A program made the position numbers and the translations under genes. A stretch of DNA of 64,000 nucleotides. It comes from Octopus sinensis (taxonomy: Eukaryota). The stretch covers positions 7,626,001-7,690,000 of the forward strand of contig NC_043014.1 of assembly GCF_006345805.1 (NCBI RefSeq), written 5' to 3'. Position 1 is the first letter of the stretch. Each line of letters starts with the position of its first letter. The notes below the pieces were generated by a model. The model had not been told where the DNA came from. It saw only the letters and a list, made by a program, of their open reading frames with translations, and did no database searches. Of this stretch, positions 1 through 12,242 are shown piece by piece.

Positions 1-200
1 AAATTTTATAATATTTCAAGGAATTAAAGCATTAATTTACTAAACCTTTGAATTAGAAATAATGAGTTGTAGTAGGTGGTTTATAAGGCATATGATGAAA
101 TTTGTCGAAAAATTCATATTTCGAAGTAATATTAGAGGCAATATCAGTGAAGTTACAATGCAAATATTGTATATATCAGACTAGTGAAAGTGTAAACTTC

Positions 201-364
201 ATACTTACCTGGCACAGGGGTAAACCATGATCATCTAGGTGGTTCTCCCAGAGTGAGGCCCTTCCATTGCACTCCGGTTGGGTTGACCTTTGCGATCGCC
301 CCAAATGTGGGCGACTCGGGTGCGCTATTTCTAAGTGTGGGGTCTGCGTTCGCGCTCACCCCGT
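201..364 (+). ncRNA. U1: U1 spliceosomal snRNA, copy 1
   Basis: Starts ATACTTACCTG (5' splice-site recognition sequence); U1A loop ATTGCAC; terminal stem-loop with GCG-TTCG-CGC; 164 nt; colinear with metazoan U1. Confidence 0.95.
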
Positions 365-592
365 CGTATAAATCAATAACAGACAAAATCGAGAAAGTTC
401 TCTTACATTGTGTACTTTGTATCGTTCTAGAAAGTTCGTATTCTCCCCGTAGTTCAAATGGAGAGAATTAGTAGCTTTCGCTTAACAACTACGACTATTG
501 TACACACAATGTTCATTTTCTGTTTTGGTTGGAATTGGCAAACCCTAGCCCCACCCACGTACTGAACCGTTAGCGGAGTTGTTTTTATTTTA

Positions 593-924
593 CTTGTTTC
601 AGTCATTTGACTGCGGCCATGCTGGAGCATCGACTGCAGGACTTATCCTGCCGGTCTTTTTTGCCGAACCGCTAAGTTACGGGGACGTAAACACACCAGC
701 ATCGGTTGTCAAGCGATGTTGGGAGGACAAACGCAGACACACATACATATGCATATATACGACGGGCTTCTTTCAGTTTCCGTCTACCAAATCCACTTAC
801 AAGGCATTGGTCGGCCCGGGGCTATAGTAGAAGACACTTGCCCAATATGCCACGCAGTGGGACTGAACCCGGAACCATGTGGTTGGTAAGCAAGCTACTT
901 ACCACACAGCCACTCCTACGCCTA
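593..924 (-). mobile_element. tRNA-derived SINE family A
   Basis: Pol III A/B-box-like head (TGGCTGTGTGG, GGTTCAGTCC); 18-bp TSD GGAGTTGTTTTTATTTTA (575-592, 925-942). Confidence 0.85.
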
Positions 925-1465
925 GGAGTTGTTTTTATTTTATTTATTTTTTTGTGTGTGTGTTTATCCATTTGCACAACTATAGAGGATTTGTTTCCCT
1001 ACAGCATTTTAACATTCGCAGGCGCACCCCCCCCCAGCCCTTTCCTTCATGAGAACCACTGAGTTGGATCTTTACATTTTGACCAGCAGATTTAGAAAAT
1101 TATCAACACTTTCAAACTTCGTATACTGGTAGAATGTGTCATATAAAACATCTTTTACTCTTAGCGTTTTGGAGAAAGGTTTATATTTACAAAGTCGTTT
1201 CGTGTTAAAGTAGCCGTATTTCGCTAATTTCAACCAATCAATGACAGGTATTCAGCTGAATAAAATTACTGCATTTGTTTGTCAACAACAACTATTGGCG
1301 GTGTATATTTCGTTTGCCACTGTTACTTATGACACCGTTCGTGCGTTTGTACTGGTTTTAGGACTGGGGTTAGGAATTTCACTTTGAGTATTTCCGTGGA
1401 AGCAAATGACTATTTGATTCTGTTTTTTGCTTGGAAACTTATGGATTTTACATACACACATAAAA

Positions 1466-1800
1466 CATCATCATCATCGTTTAACGTCCGTTCTCCATGC
1501 TAGCATGGGTTGGACGGTTCGACCGGGGTCTTGGAAGCCAGGAGGCTGCACCAGGCTCCAGTCTTATCTGGCAATGTTTCTACAGCTGGATGCCCTTCCT
1601 AACGCCAACCACTCCGTGAGTGTAGTGGGTGCTTTTTACGTGCCACCTGCACAGGTGCCAGGCGAGGCTGGCAACGGCCACGGTCGGATTGGTGTATTTT
1701 ATGTGCCACCGGCACAGAAGCCAGTCGAGGCGGCGCTGGCATCGGCCACGAGTCGGATAGTGCTTTTTACGTACCACCAGACCAGGGATCCTGGCTGGTT
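1466..1800 (-). mobile_element. Family D (RTE 3'UTR-type element)
   Basis: GGCGTTAGGAAGGGCATCCAGCTGTAGAAA domain plus (GAT)n tail; other copies at about 3770-4145, 21010-21330, 23483-23670, 27787-28340, 30564-30703, 36190-36505, 38290-38560, 44341-44488, 45690-45872, 51170-52086, 53830-54020. Confidence 0.8.
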
Positions 1801-2162
1801 CAATTCGATTTCGATTTCGATAAAACAGTTAAGAACAAATATGCAAGGCTTCTTTTTTGTCTTCAAGTTTTAAAATGAGACATTGCTGGCATAATTTCGT
1901 TATATCTATACTCCACAACCCACGGAAATACCCCAAGTGAAATGTTTTGAGTTTATCGAGTTATATCGAAGGAATGCCCATCAATAATATTTTACTTCTT
2001 TGACATAACAGTTTCTTGAATGTGTTTCACCGAAACAAGATATTACTTATTCTGGGCAGTTTCTTTATTATAGGCACAAGGCCTGCATACAGAGGGGACA
2101 TACAAAAACACGCGGAGACATAAAAATGAATGAAAAATGATAATGGAATAAATATAGTATAC

Positions 2163-2540
2163 AGGCGCAGGAGTGGCTGTGTGGTAAGTAGCTTGCTAAC
2201 CAACTACATGGTTCCGGGTTCAGTCCCACTGCGTGGCATCTTGGGCAAGTGTCTTCTGCTATAGCCCCGGGCCGGCCAATGCCTTGTGAGTGGATTTGGT
2301 AGATGGAAACTGAAAGAAGCCTGTCGAATATATGTATATGTGTGTGTGTGTGTTTGTCCCCCTAGCATTGCTTGACAACCGATGCTGGTGTGTTTACGTC
2401 CCCGTCACTTAGCGGTTCGGCAAAAGAGACCGATAGAATAAGTACTGGGCTTACAAAGAATAAGTCCCGGGGTCGATTTGCTCGACTAAAGGCGGTGCTC
2501 CAGCATGGCTGCAGTCAAATGACTGAAACAAGTAAAAGAG
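2163..2540 (+). mobile_element. SINE family A
   Basis: Full head, central TA/TG microsatellite, tail GACTGAAACAAGTAAAAGAG. Confidence 0.85.
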
Positions 2541-2754
2541 ACTAGCCATCTCAATACGGCTAACCACTAAGGGCGGGTGTTACTGTAGCTTTTGGCCCCA
2601 AGAGATCATCGTCTCCAGCTGGCTTTAGGCACACTTTCTGTGCCCTTATGGTATTTGAAAGTGTGCCTAAAGCCAGCTGGAGACGATGATCTCCTGGGGC
2701 TAAAAGCTACAGTAACACCCACCCTTAGTGGTTAGCCATATCGAGATGGCTAGT
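2541..2754. repeat. Palindrome, 98-bp arms with 18-bp spacer
   Basis: 2541-2638 is the near-perfect reverse complement of 2657-2754. Confidence 0.9.
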
Positions 2755-2967
2755 ATACTTTACATTGTCGAGCAGTTACTGCTTACATCTCGTTCAGAGA
2801 TTTATCATTGGAATAAATATAATTATAATGCAAATGAGATGGCCGTCTCGCCCCCACTGCAAGACGAACCGTGAATGTCTTTGCAATTCCATTTTTTTAT
2901 CCAACAAAAATAACATTTTGAGTACTTGTTTGTACTATTAAACTTTATACCATCACTTTACAAACAC

Positions 2968-3442
2968 AGAATGGTTGTATACTGTCAACTTAACGTGACA
3001 GTAGGGGATTACACCACCGCTGTTTAGCCCTAGGAAGCATCGACGCTTCCTGTCGGCTTCGACATTTCCTGTGTCCTTATATATTTACGAAGGGGAGACA
3101 AACACCCCCAACAGCTAGGCCTGCATCTAGAGACACACATGTTTCAGGGTCTTTGCCCATCATCGGTCTAGAGTAGCAGAAGCCTGCTAGCTGCAGATAT
3201 CAGTCTCGACTTCGTAAATATATATATCTAATTTTCAGTGACCGATGATGGGCAAAGACCCTGAAACATGCGTGTCTCTAGATGCAGGCCTAGCTGTTGG
3301 GGGTGTTTGTCTCCCCTTCATAAATATATAAGGACACAGGAAATGTGTCGAAGCCGACAGGAAGCGTCGATGCTTCCTAGGGTTAAACAGCGGTGGTGTA
3401 ATCCCCTACTGTCACGTTAAGTTGACAGTATACAACCATTCT
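2968..3442. repeat. Palindrome, about 200-bp arms with 71-bp spacer
   Basis: 2968-3168 vs 3240-3442, near-perfect. Confidence 0.9.
3126..3172 (-). ncRNA. Type I hammerhead fold with U4C core variant
   Basis: Stem I TCTAGA/TCTAGA, core CCGATGA, stem II GGG/CCC, GAA, stem III ACA-TGTG-TGT, triplet GTC. Confidence 0.6.
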
Positions 3443-4284
3443 ATCGCACCACCACTGTACATATCTCTGAGATATTTAGAAATTTAATATTTCTGATATA
3501 CAAACACACTTTACAATTAATCTTAAAACTACCTCTAGTTTCGCTGCAATGCGAAACCGTGACCTTTCCTTTTGTTTCCTGCCTTTAAATCAAACGTTGT
3601 AGGTCCTCAATTAAAATGCATGTCACAGCCTATAACATCAATGTTCTGGAAGAGTCTTCATCCTCTATCAGGATGTGGAAGTCTCCAAAACATAACATCT
3701 AATATAGCTTGATATTCAGCATGACAGCAAAAACTACTTTGCGAAAATATTAGAGAAAGGTGTAATTAACATCATCATTGTTTAGCGTCCGCTTTCCATG
3801 CTAGCATGAGTTGGACGGTTTGACCGGGGTCTGGGAAGCCAGAAGGCTGCACCAGGCCCAGTCTGATCTGGCAATGTTTCTACAGCTGGATGCCCTTCCT
3901 AACGCCAACCACTCTGTGAGTGTAGTGGGTGGTTTTTATGTACCACCGGCACAGGTGCCAGACGAGGCTGGCAAACGGCCACGATTGGGTGGTGCTTTTT
4001 ACATGCCACCAGCATAGAGGCCAGGCGAGGCTGGCAAACGGCCACGAACAGATGGTGCTTTTTACTTCCCACGGTATGGAGGCCAGTCGGGGTGGCGCTG
4101 GCAACGGCCATGTTCGGATGGTTCTCTTACATGTCACCAGCACTGGTATCACAGCTACAATTTCCATTGATGTTGATCGATTTCGATTTCGATTTTGTAA
4201 TGTATCCATAAATTTTCTCTTTGGCTTTGTGCTCATGCCATGACATGTTTTGAGCCATCATCAGGAGCTTGGTGTATGCACCAT

Positions 4285-4655
4285 CAAAGCTAGTGTTAGG
4301 AACATAAATTGGTGGAAGATTTTAATTCAAAACTTATGAAAATAAGACATTTGTACTGAGCCAGAGACAGTTTCAGCCAGGTTGGTATCAAAAGGATTAA
4401 GAATTATTTCTCTATTATATATATTTTAACCCTTTTGTTACCTTATTTCTGTTGAGATGTTCTGTGTTTCTTTCAATTAAGTTTAAATATAACAAAGAAT
4501 TTAGTAAAATAACTTAGTTATCATTAAGCTAGTGTTAGGAACATAAATTGTGATTAAGGTTTGGTGGAAGATTTTAATTCAGAACTTTTGAAAACAAGAC
4601 ATTTGTACTACAGAGCCAGAGGTGGTTTCAGCCAGGTTGGTAATGAATGGGTTAA
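4285..4655 (+). repeat. MITE family H, 1.5 units
   Basis: Same unit and a near-identical spacer. Confidence 0.75.
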
Positions 4656-4896
4656 TCCATGGATATTGAGTTCTTCCACTGCCAACGCCTCGTGTCCTTA
4701 TTCTTTAGTGTTAATTTTGATTTAATTTTAATGAAGTCAATATATACTGATCCATTTATCCAGCATTAATGAATAATTGTGGCTAATGAAATCTAGTTAA
4801 CACTTAAATCTGATCCAAACGTCAAACGAATTGGGCACCTTTGAGTCCGTGCACCAGAATGGCCATAACCCAATGAGTAAAAAATGATTTTTTAAT

Positions 4897-5225
4897 GTTG
4901 GCTGTGTGGTAAGTAGCTTGCTAACCAACCACATGGTTGCGGATTCAGTCCCACTACGTGGCATCTTGTGCAAGTGTCTTCTGCTATAGCCTCGGGCCGA
5001 ACAATGCCTTGTGAGTGGATTTGGTAGACAGAAACTGAAAGAAGCCTGTTGTATATATGTATATATATATATATGTGTGTGTGTGCATGTTTGTGTGTCT
5101 GTTTTTGTCCCCTAGCATTGCTTGACAACCAATGCTGGTGTGTTTACGTACCCGTCAATTAGCGGTTCGGCAAAAGAGACCGATAGAATAAGTACTGGGC
5201 TTACAAAGAACAAGTCCCGGGGTCG
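4897..5225 (+). mobile_element. SINE family A (3'-truncated)
   Basis: Matches other copies. Confidence 0.75.
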
Positions 5226-6992
5226 AGGATTTTTTCCTTTTCATGGACGAATTTTCTAGTTAACTAAACAATTTGAAACTTCGTATACTGGTAGAATGTG
5301 TCAAAAGAAAACATTAATTTCACTTGGCTTTTTTGAGAAAATTGTAATTTGTAAGTTTTACGTAGTTTAATTCTTCGAATTTTAACCAATCGTATTCTCT
5401 GTTTTGAGCTGAAATCATTTACTGCGTCTAAACATACTGTTACTGTGACGTAAACAGCTATTTTGTGACGTAGTTAACGTAAACAGCTAAATTCGTTTGG
5501 AAAGCCTGAGTATATATAAAATTAGTGTTTAAATTATTTTCCATTGTTTGCATTGCTTTATAGAATTTTAAAGTTATTCATTTTGTATAAAATTATTATT
5601 CGTTTTGTTTGTGTTTACTTGTTTACTTGTTACGTAAAATTCGTTTGTGCATGCCTCGTTACGGTTTATGTTAGGGTTAGAGCTATGGTCTAGAATTGGC
5701 ATCAGATAGCATACTAAATTGTAAATGGCCACGTTTACTGTATGCTAAACTGGCACTAGAGATTTAATGAGACAGTTTACCTATCAGAATTTAAGTCATG
5801 AAAGGGTTAGTTAGCATTGTCAACACACTTCACATTTCTCTGTTTCTGTGGGCAATGAAATAAAACACTAGATAAGGAGTGGGTCAATATAGCTGACATT
5901 ATTTCCTCCTATAAAATTTTTGGCTATGTACCTTTGTTAGAAATTCTTATTTGTACTAATATAAAGTGCGAGCAAGAGAACATCTGCAGGCTTTCCTAAA
6001 CTGTTAATGTGAATGTAGATGATGTCTTTTTTCAACTTGTGTAAATTAATGTCTGATGAGAATGTGATTCCATGTAGAAGCTGCCATTCTGGAGATAAAT
6101 GATTGGATAAAATATTTAGTAAAAGGTTCTAGCTGTGAGACATGTTAAAGATGATGATGTGGGCTCAGTTTGATATAGTATACAGCTTACTAATTCACAG
6201 GAATAGTAGTGGGTGTTAGGGGTTTTTTGCCCCATGTTTTATTTGAACAATTTGGCTGGATAAAGGGGGCTGTATCCTTGCCTTTTGCATTCCTTCTGAG
6301 ACAAGAGGTGTGCCTTCAAAACTGGTAAGATTGACGTAGTTGATCTTGAATAAAATGTGTGGATGGCTGCAGAGGAAATAACATGGACAAGGGAATTTCA
6401 GAAGGCTGACAATCTGGTAAGAAAGAATTTAATGCTTAGTTTGCAGGTGAATTACACGCTTTGTGATCTTCGATCCTTTTGTTGCCAGATGCTGTAACAT
6501 GGTTTGTATCCAATATAGTTGTACCACCACTATTGCGATAATGGCCTAAAATATGTGGTACCAGTGTGATAAAATAAGATAATGCAGCAGCAATAACAAC
6601 ATAACTATCTCTCAAGAACCAACAAATATTCCAAATGAACAAACCAACTCACACTCTCGAACTTCACTATGAAATAACACAAACTATATACACTCTCTCG
6701 GTTCAGTCCATTCCTCACAAGAGGGTACCTTGACTCTCATCACAACACTGAGAGTGTAAGAGGTGACTTAAGGTTACTAACTTAGTTCCGCCAACAAATT
6801 TCCATTTATTTATTCTTAAGCTTCTCTTACTGCTGGAAACCACCTCTGCCTGGTACTGGCATTTATGTGAACAATGTAGACAATTGACAAGTATCAAATG
6901 CCACAATACATAAATTCATTATTTATTAAAATTATCTTCAATTATAGAAGTATCATAATTACTAAATGGTAATCGATTAGCATATTCAGGGC

Positions 6993-9218
6993 CATTTAGT
7001 CACCTACCAATCTGGTAGACACACTAGTCAAATTGACTACATCCTCACTAGGAAACAGGAAAGACGATTACTTGTAAATGCCCAAACCTTCCCAGGTGAA
7101 GAATGTACCCCACAACATAGATTAGTAGTTAGCGACTTCAGGATCAGGGCTAAATGGATGCCCAGAAGACGACCGGAATGGAGGAGAAGGGTCTGGAAGC
7201 TTAAGGATCCTGCAAAAAGAGATTGAGAGGCATATTACTCAAAGCTGTGGAAGACAACTGGAGGTTTCTACAGGACAACCTTTTGAGGGCTAGTGACCAG
7301 ATCTGTGGATGGTGCAAAGTCTCCTCTCAACCCAAGGTAACGTGGTGGTGGAACAATGTTGTTGACAGGGCTAGTAAGGAAAAGAAACAGGCTTTGAAGG
7401 ACTGGAAGACCGGTGATAGCAGGGAATTGTATCAGACTGCCAAAAGGGAAGCTAGGAGATAGGTTTATTTGGCCAGAGGGGAAGCAGATAAGGAAAAATT
7501 TGCCAATGTTCTGCGCCGTGATGACCAAAGACTTGAAGTATTTTCCTGTTGCCAGACAGTGTATGAGAGAGAATCGCGATGTCCTAGGAGAGAAATGTGT
7601 CCTCATGGGTGACGGTTCACTTGCTTTAAACGAAGCTGCAAAGAGACAGGTTTGGAGACGCCATTATGAAAGTTTGCTAAATAAAGTGAATGAATGTGAG
7701 AAAGAGAGTCTGCCGAATGCCGGCCCAACAGAGGGACCAGCTATCTATCTAAATTGACAGTGCCTTGGTAGGTAAAGCAATTAAGGGTATGAAGACAGGG
7801 AAAGCCCCCGGACAATCAGGAATCACCACAGAGATGCTCAAAATATCTGGCGGTGTCGGCTATAGCCTAGTCAACCAGGTGGTACATGAAGGAGTCATAC
7901 CCAATGACTGGTGTAGCAGCACCATAGTCAACTGCTAACAAAGGTAAAGGTGACGCATTAGATACAAATAATTACAGAGGTATCAAGTTGTTGGATCAGG
8001 TAATGAAGGTCATGGAGAGGGTCATAGCCTAAGTAATTAGGGAGAGAGGCAGTCTAGATGAGATGCAGTTTGGTTTCGTGCCAGGGGAAAGCACCACTGA
8101 TGCTATATTTCTGATAAGACAGATGCAGGAGAAATAGCTAGTCCAAGATAAAACTCTGTACCTGGCTTTCATTGACAGGGTCCCCCGATCCACTATCTGG
8201 TGGTCAATGAGGAGACTAGGGATGGATGAATGTTTATTGAGAGCTGTAAAAGCCACGTACAGTAAGGTGAGGGTTGGCAACGAGTACAGTGAAGAATATC
8301 GGGTAGGGGTAAGGGTCAACCTAAGATCAGTCCTCAGGCCCCTCTTATTCATTATAGTCATCCAGGCATGCTCCTCCATGCTGATGACCTTGCACTAATA
8401 GCAGAGTCACTGCCGGAATTGGAGCCAATGGTTAGGGTGTGGAAGCAAAGTCTAGAATTGAATGGCCTTAGGGTTAACCTAGTCAAAACCAAAGTTCTTG
8501 TTAGTGTGCAGGCTGTCAAATCACAACTCCTCTGTAGAAAAGGCATTGGTAGAAACTCCATACGATGCACCCGGTGTAAGCTATGGACACATAAAAGGTG
8601 CAGCAATATCAAAGGAAGGTTAACTGGGAAAATTATTTCTTGTGTGTGGCAGATGCAGTGGGGCAATAAACACTGAAGGTGTTCAGAAAACAGCTTCCAT
8701 TACATGCCTGGGGAAGAAACTAGAAGTAGTAAATACTTTCTACTACCTAGGCGACCAAGTATGTAGTGGGAGTGATTGCTCTGCGAGTGTAGCAACTAGA
8801 GTAATAATAGCCTGGGCAAATTCAGGGAGCTCCTACCTCTGCTGGCAGCTAAATGCCCCTCACTCAGGGGGAAAGGTGGACTGTATGATGCATGTGTGTG
8901 AACTGCCATGCTATACGGTAGTGAAACATGGGCCATGAATGCCGAGGACATGCATAAGCTTGCAGTATGCTTGAGTCAAATAAAACCAATACCGTAGCTG
9001 GGGGCTGGTGACCCGCTAGCTGGCTCCTGTGCCGATGGGACATAAAGAACACACACTACACTCTCTGAATAGTTGGCGTTAGGAAGGGCATTTAGCTGTA
9101 GAAATTATGCTAGACTAGATTGGAGCTTGTTGCAGCTGCTGGCTCTCCAAGATTTCAGTCAAACTGTCCAACCCATGCCATCATGGAAAACGGACGTTAA
9201 TCGATGATGATGATGATG
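6993..9218 (+). mobile_element. Decayed RTE-clade LINE (endonuclease C-terminus, RT, 3'UTR, (GAT)n tail)
   Basis: TYQSG..SQIDYIL..PQHRLVV (APE-type), KAPGQSGIT, NYRGIKLL, QFGFVPG, LLHADD, Cys-rich CRKGIGRNSIRC..C..WTHKRC; several stops and frameshifts. Confidence 0.9.
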
Positions 9219-9749
9219 AAGATTATATTAGTAATAAAGTTGGGTGCAGGCAAGCGATTTGTAGTAGAGAGCAATAGCGTTCGGAGCGAGCAAAGAGTTG
9301 GCGGCCGGCGACAGGCGGTGCGATCGATCGAAAAGCCGTCATCTCGGCGGCGATATCGCCCGCGAGTGTGTGTCCGGTAGCGTGCGTAACACACGGACGC
9401 ATCGCGTTTATGCACGCGGCTAAGGCGGTGATAGACAGCTAATGTGTGCATGAATGCGATGCTCAGTATGCCGAAGTGAAGAATGCATTAAGTAAATAAA
9501 AAGCAAGCGATTTGTAGTAGAGAGCAATAGCGTTCGGAGCGAGCAATGAGTTGGCGGCCGGCAACCGATGCTGGTGTGTTTACGTACCCGTCAGTTAGCG
9601 GTTCGGCAAAAGGGACCGATAGAATAAGTACTGGGCTTACAAAGAATAAGTCTTGGGGTCGATTTGCTCGACTAAAGGCGGTGCTCCAGCATGGCCGCAG
9701 TCAAAATGACTGAAACAAGTAAAAGAGTAAAAGAGAGAGAGAGAGAGAC

Positions 9750-10002
9750 GCAAAGTTGTGTGTTTTAAGGGATATTTAGCTGTTGTTTCTAGCACATCAT
9801 ACGTCTTGATGCGTAACTCTACCAAAATGTGTTGCAAAGTTGTGTGTTTTAAGGGGTATTTAGCTGTTGTTTCTAGCACATCATACGTCTTGATGCGAAA
9901 CTCTACCAATTGTGTTGCAAAGTTGTGTGTTGTTTAAGGGGTATTTAGCTGTTGTTTCTAGCACATCATACGTCTTGATGCGAAACTCTACCAAATTGTG
10001 TT
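9750..10002. repeat. 3 x about 84-bp tandem repeat
   Basis: Units start at 9750, 9834, 9917. Confidence 0.9.
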
Positions 10003-10655
10003 TTTTTTTTGTCATAGCTAGATTCTCTTTCCACAGAGAACATTAAATAAACAAAGTAAAACGGTCCAAGTTGTATGTAATACGTTCGTATTATATTCTA
10101 ATAATCGAGAGTAAAGTCACGTATTGAATATTTTATAGAGAAACGACTCCGCGCCCGTGCACGTGCGTGCATGTGCGTGTGCGTGCGCGTTATTCATTAA
10201 TTTCGTAACTGAGCGTGAGAAAAATAAAGAAAAGTGGCTCGAAATGAGAATCGAAATAAAGTTGCGAAATTCTGTTGGCTAAAAAATATATTTAAAGGCA
10301 GGAGAGATGCATGAATGTAGCATTAAACAGTAGACATTTAAGCTGGGAGGGAAATTCAGGATATAAACATCGAAAAAGATTGTTCAATTACCTCCCTTGA
10401 ATAATGATGCATTATCGAAGAAATCACTTATGAAAGAATGTTTAATTAATAAATTTGTAAAATTTAGACAAAAAAAGCAAATTAAATAAAATTATTTTTA
10501 TCAAACAATTATAAATGATATAATAAATATAATGCTTAAAAATTTCTTTCATTTATTTTTAGTGTAAATAATAAAATGGAATATATTCTTTATATAAGAT
10601 CAGTCAATGAGTTTGTCACTAAGGGAATATAAGAAAAATCTTTAGGCAAGTAAGC

Positions 10656-10819
10656 ATACTTACCTGGCACAGGGGTAAACCATGATCATCAAGGTGGTTC
10701 TCCCAGAGTGAGGCCCTTCCATTGCACTCCGGTTGGGTTGACCTTTGCGATCGCCCCAAATGTGGGCGACTCGGGTGCGCTATTTCTAAGTGTGGGGTCT
10801 GCGTTCGCGCTCACCCCGT
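10656..10819 (+). ncRNA. U1: U1 spliceosomal snRNA, copy 2
   Basis: Identical to copy 1 except position 36 (A at 10691 vs T at 236); flanking sequence is otherwise unrelated. Confidence 0.95.
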
Positions 10820-10914
10820 AAACCCAACAAAGAACAGACTGAACAATCCCCTCCCCAACAATTTAACTTCGGTTTTATTACTACATCAGAGAGTGTAATG
10901 CAATGGCGCAATGT

Positions 10915-11484
10915 GTCAGTCATTTGACTGTGGCCATGCTGGAGCACGGCCTTTAGTCGAGCAAATCGACCCCGGGACTTATTCTTTGTAAGCCTAGTAC
11001 TTATTCTATCGGTGTCTTTTTGCCGAACCGCTAATTTAAGGGGACGTAAACACACCACCATCGGTTGTCAAGCGATGTTGGGGTGGGGGGGGCAAACACA
11101 GACGCGCACATATATATATATATATATATATACATATATACGACAGGCTTCTTTCAGTTTCCGTCTACCAAATCCACTCACAAGGCTTTGGTCGGCCCGG
11201 GGCTATAGCAGAAGACACTTGCCCAAGATGCCACGCAGTGGGACTGAACCCGGAACCATGTGGTTGGTAAGCAAGCTACTTACCACACAGCCACTCCTAC
11301 GCCTATAAATATATATATATATACGACAGGCTTCTTTAAGTTTCCGTCTACCAAATCCACTCACAAGGCATTGGTCGGCCCGGGGCTATAGCAGAAGACA
11401 CTTGCCCAAGATGCCACGCAGTGGGACTGAACCCGGAACCATGTGGTTGGTAAGCAAGCTACTTACCACACAGCCACTCCTACG

Positions 11485-11488
<4 letters not shown>
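10915..11488 (-). mobile_element. SINE family A plus tandem duplicate of its 5' half
   Basis: Full copy to about 11305; head half repeated at about 11310-11488. Confidence 0.8.
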
Positions 11489-11527
<39 letters not shown>

Positions 11528-11726
11528 TATATATATATTTCTAACTACATTCAGTCATTGGATTGTACCCAGGCTGGAGCCATGAAGGGTTCAATGTCGA
11601 TCCCATTTCATTTACTGTATCAGATTAAAGTCGATCCACGCAGCGGATATAGACTATTCCAATCCGTAATGTTCGGTAAAGGGATCAGTTTTCATTATAA
11701 CAATTTTATTAATAAGACAAAAAAAA

Positions 11727-12142
11727 GGATCTTTTCGGTTTGACCGGCAGTTTTTAAAAATAATTTCCACGTAACTAAACACTTTTAAACTTCGTATACT
11801 GGTAGAATGTGTTTATAAAACATCTTTTTCTCTTGGCTTTATTGAGAACATTCTATAGTTTGTAAGATATTTGTTGTTTTTTTTTCTTCAATTTCTGCAA
11901 TTTCAACCAACCAATGACGTCTATTGAGGTAAAAAAACAAAGCAAACATTCCGTGCCGTATGAATACGTCCCTCGTTTAAGAAACAGATTGGGTTTATTT
12001 ACATTTGTGAAGAAAAAAAGATACCCTGACCCTAACCCTAAAACAGATTGAAATGCAATAGATCGATACTAGGGTCACTTTTATGGGTGACAATTTCATA
12101 TGACACTGCTAGAAAAAACTGCCGTTCAAACCGGAAAGATCC
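11727..12142. mobile_element. MITE with TIR GGATCTTTTCGGTTTGAACGGCAG
   Basis: TIRs at both ends; relatives at 18014-18921 and 30964-31775. Confidence 0.8.
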
Positions 12143-12242
12143 GATAAATTTTCTTTTCTATGATAATCTGTAATAAAATAAGGAAAAAAAAGATACCCTT
12201 CCCCCCACCCCCAACCCTAAAAGAGATTGAAATGCAATAGAT

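Noticed and set aside
158-165. Octamer ATGCAAAT upstream of U1 copy 1
   Set aside because: It is at -43 rather than a distal position, is absent at copy 2, and is easily a chance match in AT-rich DNA.
253-471. 72-aa ORF
   Set aside because: It overlaps the U1 snRNA gene; chance ORF.
706-1062. Recurring 'RRASFSFRLPNPLTR...' ORFs throughout the window
   Set aside because: They are readings of SINE A copies, not a gene family.
6053-6095. CTGATGA followed by a GAAT/ATTC hairpin
   Set aside because: No GAAA or stem III follows; not a hammerhead.
5950-6650. Possible very old CR1/L2 remnant on the minus strand
   Set aside because: Only vague motif resemblance; no continuous frame to support it.
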